Positions 1 to 9,644 of a stretch of 53,106 nucleotides of DNA are shown here, piece by piece. The notes under the pieces are model-generated. The model was not told the DNA's origin and did no database searches. It saw only the letters and a list, made by a program, of their open reading frames with translations. The first letter of the stretch is position 1. Every line of letters starts with the position of its first letter. Source of the stretch: an uncultured Lachnospiraceae bacterium (GTDB taxonomy: Bacteria > Bacillota > Clostridia > Eubacteriales > Anaerofustaceae); NCBI GenBank assembly GCA_964644555.1, contig CAZXWI010000001.1:1-53106 (forward strand). The letters are read 5' to 3'. A program made the translations under genes and the position numbers.

Positions 1-56
1 ATATTATTCGCTTTACTTACATATCTTCAAATCTATATAACGAAAGAATACCTAAA

Positions 57-1196
57 ATGATAAACAAAACCAAGCACGATATTATATGGAGGCTGCTTCG
101 CCCTATAGTTTGCATAATATGCAAACTAAAATTTAATTACACCTATGAAAAATATGAGTCGGACAAACCTATGATTGTGGTATCAAATCATGTAACTAAT
201 TGGGACCCACTGTGGGTAGCATGCAGCTTTCCTAAAAACACACTGTTTTTTGTTGCCAGTGAGCATATATTCCGCTGGGGAATATTATCAAAAATAATCG
301 TATGGCTTCTATCCCCCATTCCGAGGCGAAAAGGCTCAAATGCCATAGACACTGTTATGAACTGCGTTCGCCGAATCAAAAAGGGAAATAGCATATGTAT
401 TTTCGGTGAAGGTGAAGCCACTTGGAACGGAATTTCCAACAAAGTCATTCCGGCAACCGGCAAACTCGCAAAACTCAGCGGTGCGATTTTGGTAACATAT
501 AAAATCGAGGGTGCGTACTTTTCCATGCCACGCTGGGGCAAACATAAAAACCGAGGCAAGATACACGGGAAAATTGTAAATACATACCCTCCCGAAGTTC
601 TCAAAAGCATGACTCCCGAAGAAATAGAAGATATAATCAATTCCGATATTTACGAAAATGCATGGGAAACGCAAAAGATAAAGCAAATTACATACAAAGG
701 TTCAAAGAAAGCAGAGGGGCTTAACACCGCACTTTTCATTTGCCCTGAATGTAAAAAAACAGATACACTATCGGCAAACAAAAATACCATTCAATGCACA
801 TGCGGCTTTGAAACCGAGCTTATGCCCACAGGATTTTTCAAAGAAAATCCTTACTTTGAAACCATAGCCCAGTGGGATAATTGGCAGCTTGAAAAGCTAA
901 AAGACGAAAACTATTTTAGTGATAATGCAATATGCTTTTATAGCGAAAACATAACTCTGAGTGAAATCCAAGTTTCCTCCCATGAACAAAATCTTATCAA
1001 AACAGGAACTCTCACTCAATATAAAGACAGAATATGCCTTGAAGATACTACATTCATGCTTTCGGATATAACGGAAATGTCGATAGTTCGGGTTCATATT
1101 TTACTATTTACCTATAACGACAAATACTACGAACTTCGTTCCGACACCGACACCTGCATGAGAAAATACCTTGCAATGTGGCAAAACAGAAAATAA
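57..1196 (+). CDS. PlsC-family lysophospholipid/glycerol-3-phosphate acyltransferase with Cys-rich C-terminal extension
   Basis: HX4D acyltransferase motif (SNHVTNWDP) and FGEGE block in the N-terminal half. CPECKK...CTCG zinc-ribbon-like Cys pairs in the C-terminal half. The ORF fills the interval. Confidence 0.8.
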   Translation: MINKTKHDIIWRLLRPIVCIICKLKFNYTYEKYESDKPMIVVSNHVTNWDPLWVACSFPKNTLFFVASEHIFRWGILSKIIVWLLSPIPRRKGSNAIDTVMNCVRRIKKGNSICIFGEGEATWNGISNKVIPATGKLAKLSGAILVTYKIEGAYFSMPRWGKHKNRGKIHGKIVNTYPPEVLKSMTPEEIEDIINSDIYENAWETQKIKQITYKGSKKAEGLNTALFICPECKKTDTLSANKNTIQCTCGFETELMPTGFFKENPYFETIAQWDNWQLEKLKDENYFSDNAICFYSENITLSEIQVSSHEQNLIKTGTLTQYKDRICLEDTTFMLSDITEMSIVRVHILLFTYNDKYYELRSDTDTCMRKYLAMWQNRK

Positions 1197-1202
1197 ATAT
1201 TA

Positions 1203-1250
1203 ATAAAAATGCGGAAAGCAACTTCAAAGCCTTCCGCATAAATTTTATTT
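1203..1250. terminator. Bidirectional intrinsic terminator between convergent genes
   Basis: 8-bp stem ATGCGGAA/TTCCGCAT (1209-1239), with an A-run upstream and a T-rich tract downstream. Confidence 0.6.
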
Positions 1251-1253
1251 GAT

Positions 1254-2108
1254 TTACTCTACGCTTAAAATCATATATTCACCACCTGCTTTAACCGTTA
1301 TGATGCTAAAATAAGCACTTATGCCATTTTCAAATGTTACATAAGCATCATAAGCTTCGGCAGCTTCCCATTCTTTTTCGGGAGAGAGAATATCCATCAT
1401 TTCATCAATTTCCGATTGTGTGGCACTTAACATATATTCATATTTGATATCCTTGATATCCATTCCGGCATATCCTGCATAGAATCCGTAATCATACTCT
1501 TGCAAATACGCACTTACGTCGTTATCGAAAAAAGGTAAGAGTATTCCCAAATACGAAGGTTCCATTAATTCCGCAACACCATCGATATCATTTTTGCTTA
1601 AGCATTTAAAATATGCATTCATTACATCTTCCGATGTTTTGTAGGATTTACCGCCAATAAGTGAAATTCCGACTCCTACAGCACCCAAAATCATAACTGC
1701 AACAAGAACTATTGCTACAATTTTACCTACTCCGAATTTTTTTGTGGGAACAACGAATCTTTCCTCAGAAGCTGCATTATTTTGAAGTGTTTCATGAGAG
1801 TGTGAAAGATTATCATTTTTATCATAAACAACCTCAAAATCAGCTTTCGGCTCGTTTTCATCACTTCCAAGCGATTGTGAACTTGCAAAAACATCTTTTT
1901 CTTTTACATCTTCATGTATTCCATTAACCACTTCTTCGGGCAGTTCCAAAACGGGAGAAGCCTCTGCTTTTTCGGATTCTGCAAGTATTTCGTCCACATT
2001 GGTCAATACATTGTCTTTTACCTCGTCATTTTGTTTTTGTGCACTTCCGCAGTTTTCGCAGAATTTGCAATCATCGCCTATTTCGGCACCGCATTTTATA
2101 CAAATCAT
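1254..2108 (-). CDS. Zinc-ribbon, single-pass membrane-anchored protein of unknown function
   Basis: N-terminal CxxC-x11-CxxC (MICIKCGAEIGDDCKFCENCG), an acidic linker, one hydrophobic helix (IVAIVLVAVMILGAVGVGISLI) and a C-terminal globular domain. Confidence 0.7.
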   Translation of the reverse strand: MICIKCGAEIGDDCKFCENCGSAQKQNDEVKDNVLTNVDEILAESEKAEASPVLELPEEVVNGIHEDVKEKDVFASSQSLGSDENEPKADFEVVYDKNDNLSHSHETLQNNAASEERFVVPTKKFGVGKIVAIVLVAVMILGAVGVGISLIGGKSYKTSEDVMNAYFKCLSKNDIDGVAELMEPSYLGILLPFFDNDVSAYLQEYDYGFYAGYAGMDIKDIKYEYMLSATQSEIDEMMDILSPEKEWEAAEAYDAYVTFENGISAYFSIITVKAGGEYMILSVE

Positions 2109-2254
2109 ATTATCCTCCTTAAAATAATACTTAAATACCTTGTGTCAATTATGATTATCTATATTAATTATAGCATATAATTCATAAAAACGACCGCGCA
2201 AAACTCGTTTTTTGCCAAAATAAGGTGTATAATCCGCTATAGGAGAATAACCAA

Positions 2255-3241
2255 ATGAAATATATAAACACAGATTTCGATATACCGTATTACAATTTTG
2301 CTCTTGAAAACTATTTGATTACCAACCCGAAATTTACCGATGATTACTTTTTCTTTTATATTCACAAACCCAGTGTCATAATTGGCAAGCATCAAAATGC
2401 TTACGAAGAAGTAAATACAGAATTTATTAAAAACAACAACATCTATGTGGCAAGGCGGCTTTCGGGAGGAGGGTGTGTCTATCACGATGAAGGCAATTTA
2501 AATTTCAGCTTTATTACCAATAAAGAAAAAAATCAAACCATCGACTTTAAAAGATATACGAAATACATTATTTCAGCCCTCAAAGACTACGGCATAGATG
2601 CGCTTTTGCAAGGAAGAAACGATTTGTGCGTAAACGAAAGGAAATTCGGAGGCAATGCCCAATATATCCAAGGAAACAAAGTGCTGCACCATGGCACAAT
2701 AATGGTTGATGTAAACATAGAAAATATGCTTAATGCACTTAATGTAAGCAATATGAAAATAGAATCCAAAGCCATAAAAAGCGTAAGAAGCAGAGTTATC
2801 AACCTATCGGAATGTGCAGGATATAAAATCGATATTAATACTCTCAAGGAAAACATTCTAAAAGAAATATTTAAAGAAAAAGATGTCGATACTTATGCCT
2901 TAAACGAATATGACATAGCAAAAATCACTCACAATGCCGAAACCGAATTTGCCCCAAAAGAATACAATTGGGGAACAAACTACCCATTCGGCATTATCAA
3001 AAAAAAGAAATACCCTTGCGGCATTATTCAGGCAAATATAAATGTAAAAAACAATTTAATAACGGATTTTACTCTCAGCGGTGATTTTTTCACTAATAAG
3101 GATTTGGCAAAAATCAAAGATTCTTTATTAAATACTCCTTTTGAGCAAGAAAGCGTTACAAATGAGCTTAAAAAAATAGACTTCGATGGCTACATTAATA
3201 ATTTCACCATCGAAGAAATGATTGATTTATTGTTTTATTGA
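2255..3241 (+). CDS. lplA: Lipoate-protein ligase A
   Basis: LplA/LipB-family motifs RRLSGGGCVYHDEGNLNFSF and ERKFGGNAQ. Length 328 aa includes the C-terminal accessory domain. RBS-like AGGAGAA lies upstream. Confidence 0.85.
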   Translation: MKYINTDFDIPYYNFALENYLITNPKFTDDYFFFYIHKPSVIIGKHQNAYEEVNTEFIKNNNIYVARRLSGGGCVYHDEGNLNFSFITNKEKNQTIDFKRYTKYIISALKDYGIDALLQGRNDLCVNERKFGGNAQYIQGNKVLHHGTIMVDVNIENMLNALNVSNMKIESKAIKSVRSRVINLSECAGYKIDINTLKENILKEIFKEKDVDTYALNEYDIAKITHNAETEFAPKEYNWGTNYPFGIIKKKKYPCGIIQANINVKNNLITDFTLSGDFFTNKDLAKIKDSLLNTPFEQESVTNELKKIDFDGYINNFTIEEMIDLLFY

Positions 3242-4140
3242 TTTATTGATTTCGGGCGATAAACACGAATCGCCTTTTCAAACATTTTAATATCGACTGT
3301 GGCGAAATCTTTGATATATTCACCGTCCACAGTCCAAGGAATTGGTCTGTCTATTTCAATTCTCATATTTCCTGTTTTGTAAAGCTTCATAAATTCGCTG
3401 TTATAATCCCTATATGCAAAACTTGCCATAAGATTTCCGAACTCCGTGGCATTGTTCGGTTTTTTTATCAAAAGGACCTCAAACAGCCCATCATCGACTT
3501 CCACTATATTTTTATCAAGCTTTATAATTCCCCCTATGGATACCACATTGGATACAGCACCGAGAATGAAATCATCCTCTATAACTTTATCGTCCAGAGT
3601 TATTTTCATATGATAGGGATCCAATGCATTAAGGCTCTTAACCGCACCCAAAACGTATGCTCCGTAACCGAATATATTTTTAAGCTGCTGAGGTGTATTA
3701 TATGTTGCATCAGTAAAACAGCCGAAAGATATGGTAGTGGCAAAATATATATCATCTATCATGCCCACATCCATACTAAGTGCTTCGGTTTCCAAAGCTG
3801 TTTTAGCAGCCTCTGCCATATTTTGCGGTATATCGAGTGCTTCGGCAAGCAAATTCGATGTACCTGCGGGAATACATATTAATGCAGGTCGTTTTTCTTC
3901 GCTTATTTGCATAAGCCCTGCCAAAACTTCGTTTATAGTGCCGTCACCGCCGCTTGCCATGACAATATCATAATATTCGCCGCGCTGTTTTGCGGTTCGT
4001 GTGGCATCACCTTTTGCCTTAGTGCGATACACATCCACATCATATTTTTGGCTGAGTATCTTTTCTACTTCACGCTCTTTTCTGTGATGAAATATAAGCC
4101 CGGAAACAGGGTTTTCAATTGCAAGTATCCTTTCAGTCAT
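3235..4140 (-). CDS. Diacylglycerol kinase-family lipid kinase (YegS/BmrU type)
   Basis: Catalytic motif ASGGDGTINEV and the PAGTSN block. Length about 300 aa is typical of the family. Confidence 0.85.
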   Translation of the reverse strand: MTERILAIENPVSGLIFHHRKEREVEKILSQKYDVDVYRTKAKGDATRTAKQRGEYYDIVMASGGDGTINEVLAGLMQISEEKRPALICIPAGTSNLLAEALDIPQNMAEAAKTALETEALSMDVGMIDDIYFATTISFGCFTDATYNTPQQLKNIFGYGAYVLGAVKSLNALDPYHMKITLDDKVIEDDFILGAVSNVVSIGGIIKLDKNIVEVDDGLFEVLLIKKPNNATEFGNLMASFAYRDYNSEFMKLYKTGNMRIEIDRPIPWTVDGEYIKDFATVDIKMFEKAIRVYRPKSINQ

Positions 4141-4158
4141 CTTTCCTCTCCTTTGACT

Positions 4159-6348
4159 TTACTTATCTGAAAAAACAATGTCGTAATAATCATTTTCCAA
4201 TATATATTTAGATATCAAAACTTTGTTCCTGACAAGCTTCGATATGTTTTGAATATAATCTTCATCTATTTTCGCATCTTCATTTGCAGGATAAAACACA
4301 CCGCTATCCGCTTCGTATCTTCCTTTATCGGTTATCCACGAATAATCCTGAAAAATAACAAGCTTTTGCGAATCCGACAAAATATCACTGCCCATTAAAA
4401 AGCGTGAATCATATTCAACCCCGAAAAGATTCAGAAGTGTCGGTAAAACATCTATTCCACAGCAATAATCATCCACGATAACATTTTCCTGCATAGCACT
4501 GTTATATATAATAAGCTTGTTGTGATACCTTTCAAAATCAGGATCCAAATCTTTGCCTGCTAGTTCGTTATACGCTTCGTCCGACAAGCCGTAGGGGTAG
4601 TGGTCAGCTGAAAGCACTATTACGGTATCATCCAATACTCCTGCTTCTTCAAGCTGACTCAGTAGGCTTGAGAGAGCGTATTCCAATTCCATATTGCACG
4701 CTTTTATGGCTCTCACCGGCTCACTTGATGAAGTATCACTTATATTATCTTCGTTTTTATATGCCATATTATTTCCGTAGAAATTATATTCTGTGTGTCC
4801 GCTGACAGTAAGATAATATACATGAAACGGAACAAGCGAATCAACAAACAAATCCACCGTAGACTCCATCATTTCAAGATCCGATTCAGGCCATTGGTTG
4901 GTAACATATTCTTCCATTCCGTTACCCATGCCCATGTATACATCGTAGCCTAAGTTCGGGTGTGTAAGCTGTCTGTTATAGTATTCATAATTATGATTAT
5001 GATAAGCGTATGTGGCATATCCCTCCCTTTTTAAGCTATTCGCCAAAGAGTAGTACCAATTATTTTCATCTCCGGCATACATACTTTGCGAACCGTATTT
5101 CGGTATAAGGCTGTTAAAGAGCGTGTATTCACCATCGGATGTGCTTACCATCCACGACGGCTGGTAATAATTCGTAAATACAAAACCGTTATTAGCAAGC
5201 TCATAAAGAGTCGGGGTATCGGTTTCATCGATAATATATGGGGTGAATGCTTCGGCGCATATAAAAATCAAATTTTTGCCCTTGAAATAACCCGTATATT
5301 CGTTTTTCTCACTCGGCATTTGCGATGAAACAAAATCGGTTATTACCTTTACGGTTCCGTCGGGATATTCTTCTTTCAATCTTTCAAAATCTATATCGGC
5401 AACATTCGAGCGATCCATCATATCGTTAAAAGATACAAATGCGGGAATAAATGTTTCGCCACCGACACTCGGCGTTCCGATAAGCGCATATGTGCTGTCA
5501 AGGCAAAATGAGCCGACAAGCCCGAATCTGGTGGTGCTTTTATTTATATCAAAGTGGGTGGTGAAATACTCTTTATCTGTAACCATGCCGCTTGAAATAC
5601 AAAATATCATCATCAAGGCAACTACCATACACAAAGAGCCGCAAGCAAGCCATGCTACTTTATTTTTACCGCTTGAAAATATTTTTTCGCCCCATAATAA
5701 AACGATAACCGCCGGCAATAAATACAATACAATAACAGGGATTCCGTGAATAAGCGTACTGACGATTATATCGGAATAACTGCCCACAACATTTTGTGCG
5801 CTCATCAAGATTACGGCAATGCTCATGTAGTTGCCATACACCTGCTTTAAAAAATACTCTGTCAAAAACATAACCGCAAGAAGAGAAAGTAACACGAATG
5901 CAGTAATTTTTCGAGTTTTTGCTTTTTTGCCGATATTACAAAGTGCATTCATAACACTCGCAAAAAATACCGAAAATAATGCCGTATACAAAAGCCCCAT
6001 ATTAAAAAGGCCGCCTATTTTGCCGTTTATATCCATTTTAATACGCAAAAATATCTCCATTAGGAAAATTACGATACATAAAAAAACAAACGAACAAGAC
6101 GGTTTGATTTTGTCTGAAAAGGAATTTCTCTTTTTACTTATTTCATGCCTATCAGACAAATTTTCATCTGCTCTTTCATTTAGTTCCGAAGACTCATCAA
6201 AACCTTTGTATGCGATTTCACTGAGTGCATCATCGCCTTTTTTCAAAGCATTGGTAATTGCCTCTTTTGCCGATAATACATCGGCGACAACTTCGGATTT
6301 ATTATTTTCGGAATTACTTTTTTCGCTAGGCATTATGTTCTTTTGCAT
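4159..6348 (-). CDS. LTA synthase-family (sulfatase/alkaline-phosphatase superfamily) polytopic membrane protein
   Basis: Cytoplasmic Ser/Glu-rich N-terminus, about 5 TM helices, then a large extracytoplasmic sulfatase-like domain (FICAEAF..., SADHYPYG). Confidence 0.75.
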   Translation of the reverse strand: MQKNIMPSEKSNSENNKSEVVADVLSAKEAITNALKKGDDALSEIAYKGFDESSELNERADENLSDRHEISKKRNSFSDKIKPSCSFVFLCIVIFLMEIFLRIKMDINGKIGGLFNMGLLYTALFSVFFASVMNALCNIGKKAKTRKITAFVLLSLLAVMFLTEYFLKQVYGNYMSIAVILMSAQNVVGSYSDIIVSTLIHGIPVIVLYLLPAVIVLLWGEKIFSSGKNKVAWLACGSLCMVVALMMIFCISSGMVTDKEYFTTHFDINKSTTRFGLVGSFCLDSTYALIGTPSVGGETFIPAFVSFNDMMDRSNVADIDFERLKEEYPDGTVKVITDFVSSQMPSEKNEYTGYFKGKNLIFICAEAFTPYIIDETDTPTLYELANNGFVFTNYYQPSWMVSTSDGEYTLFNSLIPKYGSQSMYAGDENNWYYSLANSLKREGYATYAYHNHNYEYYNRQLTHPNLGYDVYMGMGNGMEEYVTNQWPESDLEMMESTVDLFVDSLVPFHVYYLTVSGHTEYNFYGNNMAYKNEDNISDTSSSEPVRAIKACNMELEYALSSLLSQLEEAGVLDDTVIVLSADHYPYGLSDEAYNELAGKDLDPDFERYHNKLIIYNSAMQENVIVDDYCCGIDVLPTLLNLFGVEYDSRFLMGSDILSDSQKLVIFQDYSWITDKGRYEADSGVFYPANEDAKIDEDYIQNISKLVRNKVLISKYILENDYYDIVFSDK

Positions 6349-6574
6349 TTCGATATCCTCTGATATATTTTATCATATTTGTTATCTTTTGGTAAAAAAA
6401 AGATAAACAGTCTTACTATTTAAGAGAATTTTAATATTTCAAACAATAAAGCCCACCCACTGTATGTTATAATATTCATATTGGCTGAAAAGAAATACAA
6501 GATCAGTCCACTATCATATAACAATGATATTTTAAGCGTATTATAAAAAGCATATTGTAATTAAAGAGGAAAGT

Positions 6575-7717
6575 ATGAGTACAAACTTATGGCAGATAGT
6601 GCCGTTTAAAAAATTCAAAACAAAGTGTGAATCATCTTTCGGAGAAAACTTCCCCGAGCGAATTTTTTTGTATTCACTCATGGCAATGATACTCATCTAT
6701 GCCATGATGTGTTCATCATTTAATTCCTCGGGAAATATTTTTGATATCATCGACAAACTGCGATATGTTGCCGCATTTATGATGCTTATAAAAATATATT
6801 TTCTTTCAGACTATAACATAAAGCAGTTAAGCCTTTTGAGTCTATTATATATTTTTACATTCTTTAACTCCATAAAAGCTTATGACCCTACATTATTCTT
6901 CAGTGCAATAATGATTTTCGGCTCAAAAGATGTGGAATATAAAAAGATATGCAAGTATGTATTTTTTACAATGCTTTTATCGGCATGTTCAATATTTACA
7001 CTGCACATATTCGGTGTTTTGAACGATTTTTTAGTACCAAGGGGAGATACTTTCCGACACTCTTTCGGCTTTTCACACCCCAACACAACAGGGCTGTGGA
7101 TACTGTGCATAATTGCATCGTGCCAACAAGCTTTTTGTGAAAAATTAAAGCTCTGCCACTACGCTTTGTTTGCAATTATAGCACTTATCATGAATATAAG
7201 TGTAAATTCCAGAGCTGCACTCGTTTCGATATTACTAATCAGCATAATAATGCCAATATTAACTAAAGTAAAATTCTCCGAAAAAAAATGCAAATATATC
7301 GCAGTGGGAATCGTTGTTCTCATATACATTGCCGTAATAGTATTTACCCTTTACTACAATGAAAACAATTCGTTTATGCTGATGCTCGATAAACTGTTTT
7401 CATATAGAATCAGCCTATCTCATTTGGCATACGAATATTACAATGTTACTTTATTCGGCAGTTCTCTTCCCGTAACCGATGCGAAATTCGTCCTCGATTG
7501 CATGATTGTAAGAATTCTTCTTACTTATGGAGTGCTAACGCTTATTTTATCGGGAATTTGCCTTTGCAAAATTCAAGTACGAGCCATTAACAACAAATGC
7601 ATATACATTGCCGCTATGAGCTTGATACTTTTGATTTACTCTATTATGGAAACTTTCCCCTATAATGCGGTGTTTAATGTTACATTGCTTATGGTTTGTG
7701 CAAAGCTTGGGGAGTGA
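6575..7717 (+). CDS. Polytopic membrane protein, O-antigen ligase/polymerase-like
   Basis: About 10 predicted hydrophobic helices with one larger loop (RGDTFRHSFGFSHPNTTG), resembling the Wzy_C/O-antigen ligase loop. No stronger motif seen. Confidence 0.55.
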   Translation: MSTNLWQIVPFKKFKTKCESSFGENFPERIFLYSLMAMILIYAMMCSSFNSSGNIFDIIDKLRYVAAFMMLIKIYFLSDYNIKQLSLLSLLYIFTFFNSIKAYDPTLFFSAIMIFGSKDVEYKKICKYVFFTMLLSACSIFTLHIFGVLNDFLVPRGDTFRHSFGFSHPNTTGLWILCIIASCQQAFCEKLKLCHYALFAIIALIMNISVNSRAALVSILLISIIMPILTKVKFSEKKCKYIAVGIVVLIYIAVIVFTLYYNENNSFMLMLDKLFSYRISLSHLAYEYYNVTLFGSSLPVTDAKFVLDCMIVRILLTYGVLTLILSGICLCKIQVRAINNKCIYIAAMSLILLIYSIMETFPYNAVFNVTLLMVCAKLGE

Positions 7718-7739
7718 TAATATGTTTTGTATGATAAAA

Positions 7740-7781
7740 GGGCTGTCGCTTTAGCGAATAAAATTCGTAAAGCAACAGCCC
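7740..7781. terminator. Bidirectional terminator between convergent genes
   Basis: Long imperfect hairpin GGGCTGTCGCTTTAGCGAAT-AAA-ATTCGTAAAGCAACAGCCC, flanked by an A-rich tract on the 5' side and a T-rich tract on the 3' side. Confidence 0.6.
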
Positions 7782-7804
7782 CTAATTTCATTTACATAAA
7801 ATCC

Positions 7805-8566
7805 CTACTCTCCTACCAAATCCTCCATATCATATAGTCCGCTCGGCTTTCCTACGATAAACTTAGCGGCTCTCACAGCACCCGAAGCAAATACTCTTTT
7901 GGACATGGCACTATGATGAACAGTAATTATTTCATCGTCTGAAATATACATTACTTCATGTTCGCCTGCTATTGCACCGCCCCTTATGGCATGAACTCCT
8001 ATTTCATTTGAGCATCTTTTGCATTGACCGTTTCGGCCGTATACCAAATCATAATCGGTTTGGGTGTTTTTTTGTATGGTATCAAGCAGCATCTTCGCCG
8101 TACCACTGGGAGCATCTGCTTTTTTATTGTGATGAGCTTCAATTACTTCAATGTCGAAATCTTCATATAAAAGCCTTGTTGCCAATGCGATGATTTTTTT
8201 CATTACATTGACTCCGTAAGAAAAGTTCGCACTTCTGAAAACGGCTATCTCTTTTGACGCTTCTTTAATAAGATTTTCGCATTCTTCGCTTATTCCAGTT
8301 ACGGCACTAACAAGTGGCTTTTTATTTTTCATACACCACTTTGTAATTTCATCGGTAAGTGAAAAATGTGAAAAATCTATTACAATATCCACATCTTCTT
8401 TTATGTTTTCAAGGCTTTTATATATAGGAAAAGGCTCTGTTTGTTCACTTACCAAAGGCTCAAAACCGCAACTTATCGAAAAAGAATCACTTTCGTTTAT
8501 AAGCGAAGTCACAACCTTCCCCATAGCACCTAAAGCACCACATAATAAAACTTTTATCTCACTCAT
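7805..8566 (-). CDS. dapB: 4-hydroxy-tetrahydrodipicolinate reductase
   Basis: N-terminal Rossmann GALGAMG and the DapB signature EAHHNKKADAPSGTA. Confidence 0.92.
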   Translation of the reverse strand: MSEIKVLLCGALGAMGKVVTSLINESDSFSISCGFEPLVSEQTEPFPIYKSLENIKEDVDIVIDFSHFSLTDEITKWCMKNKKPLVSAVTGISEECENLIKEASKEIAVFRSANFSYGVNVMKKIIALATRLLYEDFDIEVIEAHHNKKADAPSGTAKMLLDTIQKNTQTDYDLVYGRNGQCKRCSNEIGVHAIRGGAIAGEHEVMYISDDEIITVHHSAMSKRVFASGAVRAAKFIVGKPSGLYDMEDLVGE

Positions 8567-8574
8567 AATTTCAC

Positions 8575-9459
8575 CTACATATGAATGTCAAATTCTTCCA
8601 ATACCTTTGCAACTTTCTTTTTCTTCTCTTCGTCAAGCTCCACCAAAGGAAGTCGCATCTTACCAACTCCGAAACCTGCCATATTCATAGCTGTTTTAAC
8701 AGGAATCGGGTTACAATCACAAAACATTGCATCAAACAATTTCAAAAGTTCAAATTGCTTTCTTTTAGCTGTTTCAAAGTCATTTGCAAAGTATGCATCG
8801 GTAATATCAAGGCACATTTTCGGTGCAATATTTGAACATGTGCATATAACACCGCTGCCACCGATAGCCATAACGGGAAGTATCATGTCATCAGAACCTG
8901 AATATACCAAGATATCTTCGGGCTTGCCGGCACATAGCTTAACTATTTGAGATATATCTCCACTTGCTTCTTTAAAGCCCTTAACATTTTCGATTTCGCA
9001 AAGTCTTATCATCAATTCGGCTGACAAGTTTTTTCCGGTTCTTCCCGGCACATTATATACGATTATCGGTTTGTCAACGGCATCACTTATTGCTTTATAA
9101 TGTGCATATATACCGTTATCGCTTGATTTGTTGTAGTATGGGTTATTTATCAAAAATCCGTCCACACCTGCTTTTTGTGCATTTTCGCAAAGTCTTATAC
9201 TTAACGCAGTATCATTTGAGCCGCACCCTGCAATAACAGGAACCCTGCCCTCTGCCGCCTGCACACCGAGCCTTAATATTTCCGATTTTTCTTCCACGCT
9301 TATCGTCGGAGCTTCCCCCGTTGTTCCCAAAAGAACTATTGCGTTTATGCCCTTTTCAATCTGCCAATTGATAAGCTCGCAAAGTTTATCGTAATTTATC
9401 TTATCCTCGCTCATTGGGGTTACCAAAGCCGTAGCCACACCTTTAAACAACATAATCAT
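8575..9459 (-). CDS. dapA: 4-hydroxy-tetrahydrodipicolinate synthase
   Basis: DapA motifs TALVTPM, GTTGE and YNVPGRTG. Lies 8 nt upstream of dapB on the same strand. Confidence 0.92.
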   Translation of the reverse strand: MIMLFKGVATALVTPMSEDKINYDKLCELINWQIEKGINAIVLLGTTGEAPTISVEEKSEILRLGVQAAEGRVPVIAGCGSNDTALSIRLCENAQKAGVDGFLINNPYYNKSSDNGIYAHYKAISDAVDKPIIVYNVPGRTGKNLSAELMIRLCEIENVKGFKEASGDISQIVKLCAGKPEDILVYSGSDDMILPVMAIGGSGVICTCSNIAPKMCLDITDAYFANDFETAKRKQFELLKLFDAMFCDCNPIPVKTAMNMAGFGVGKMRLPLVELDEEKKKKVAKVLEEFDIHM

Positions 9460-9644
9460 TTCTCCCGATACATATTATTGTTATAAACTCGGCAATTTCA
9501 AATTACCTTTATAAAATTATAAATAAATGATGATAATTATGCAAGAGGTTGAAGTGTTATTATGCTTTAAATTTTATCTTTATAATTATTAAAAAGCCTT
9601 GTTTACAAAGCGATTTTAATATATGCTTATGTGTAGTTTAAAAT

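Noticed and set aside
9460-9644. Possible lysine riboswitch (L-box) or T-box upstream of dapA, or in the divergent murE leader.
   Set aside because: The 185-nt region is extremely AT-rich. It has no G-rich helices, no recognisable L-box core and no T-box motif. It looks like a plain divergent promoter region.
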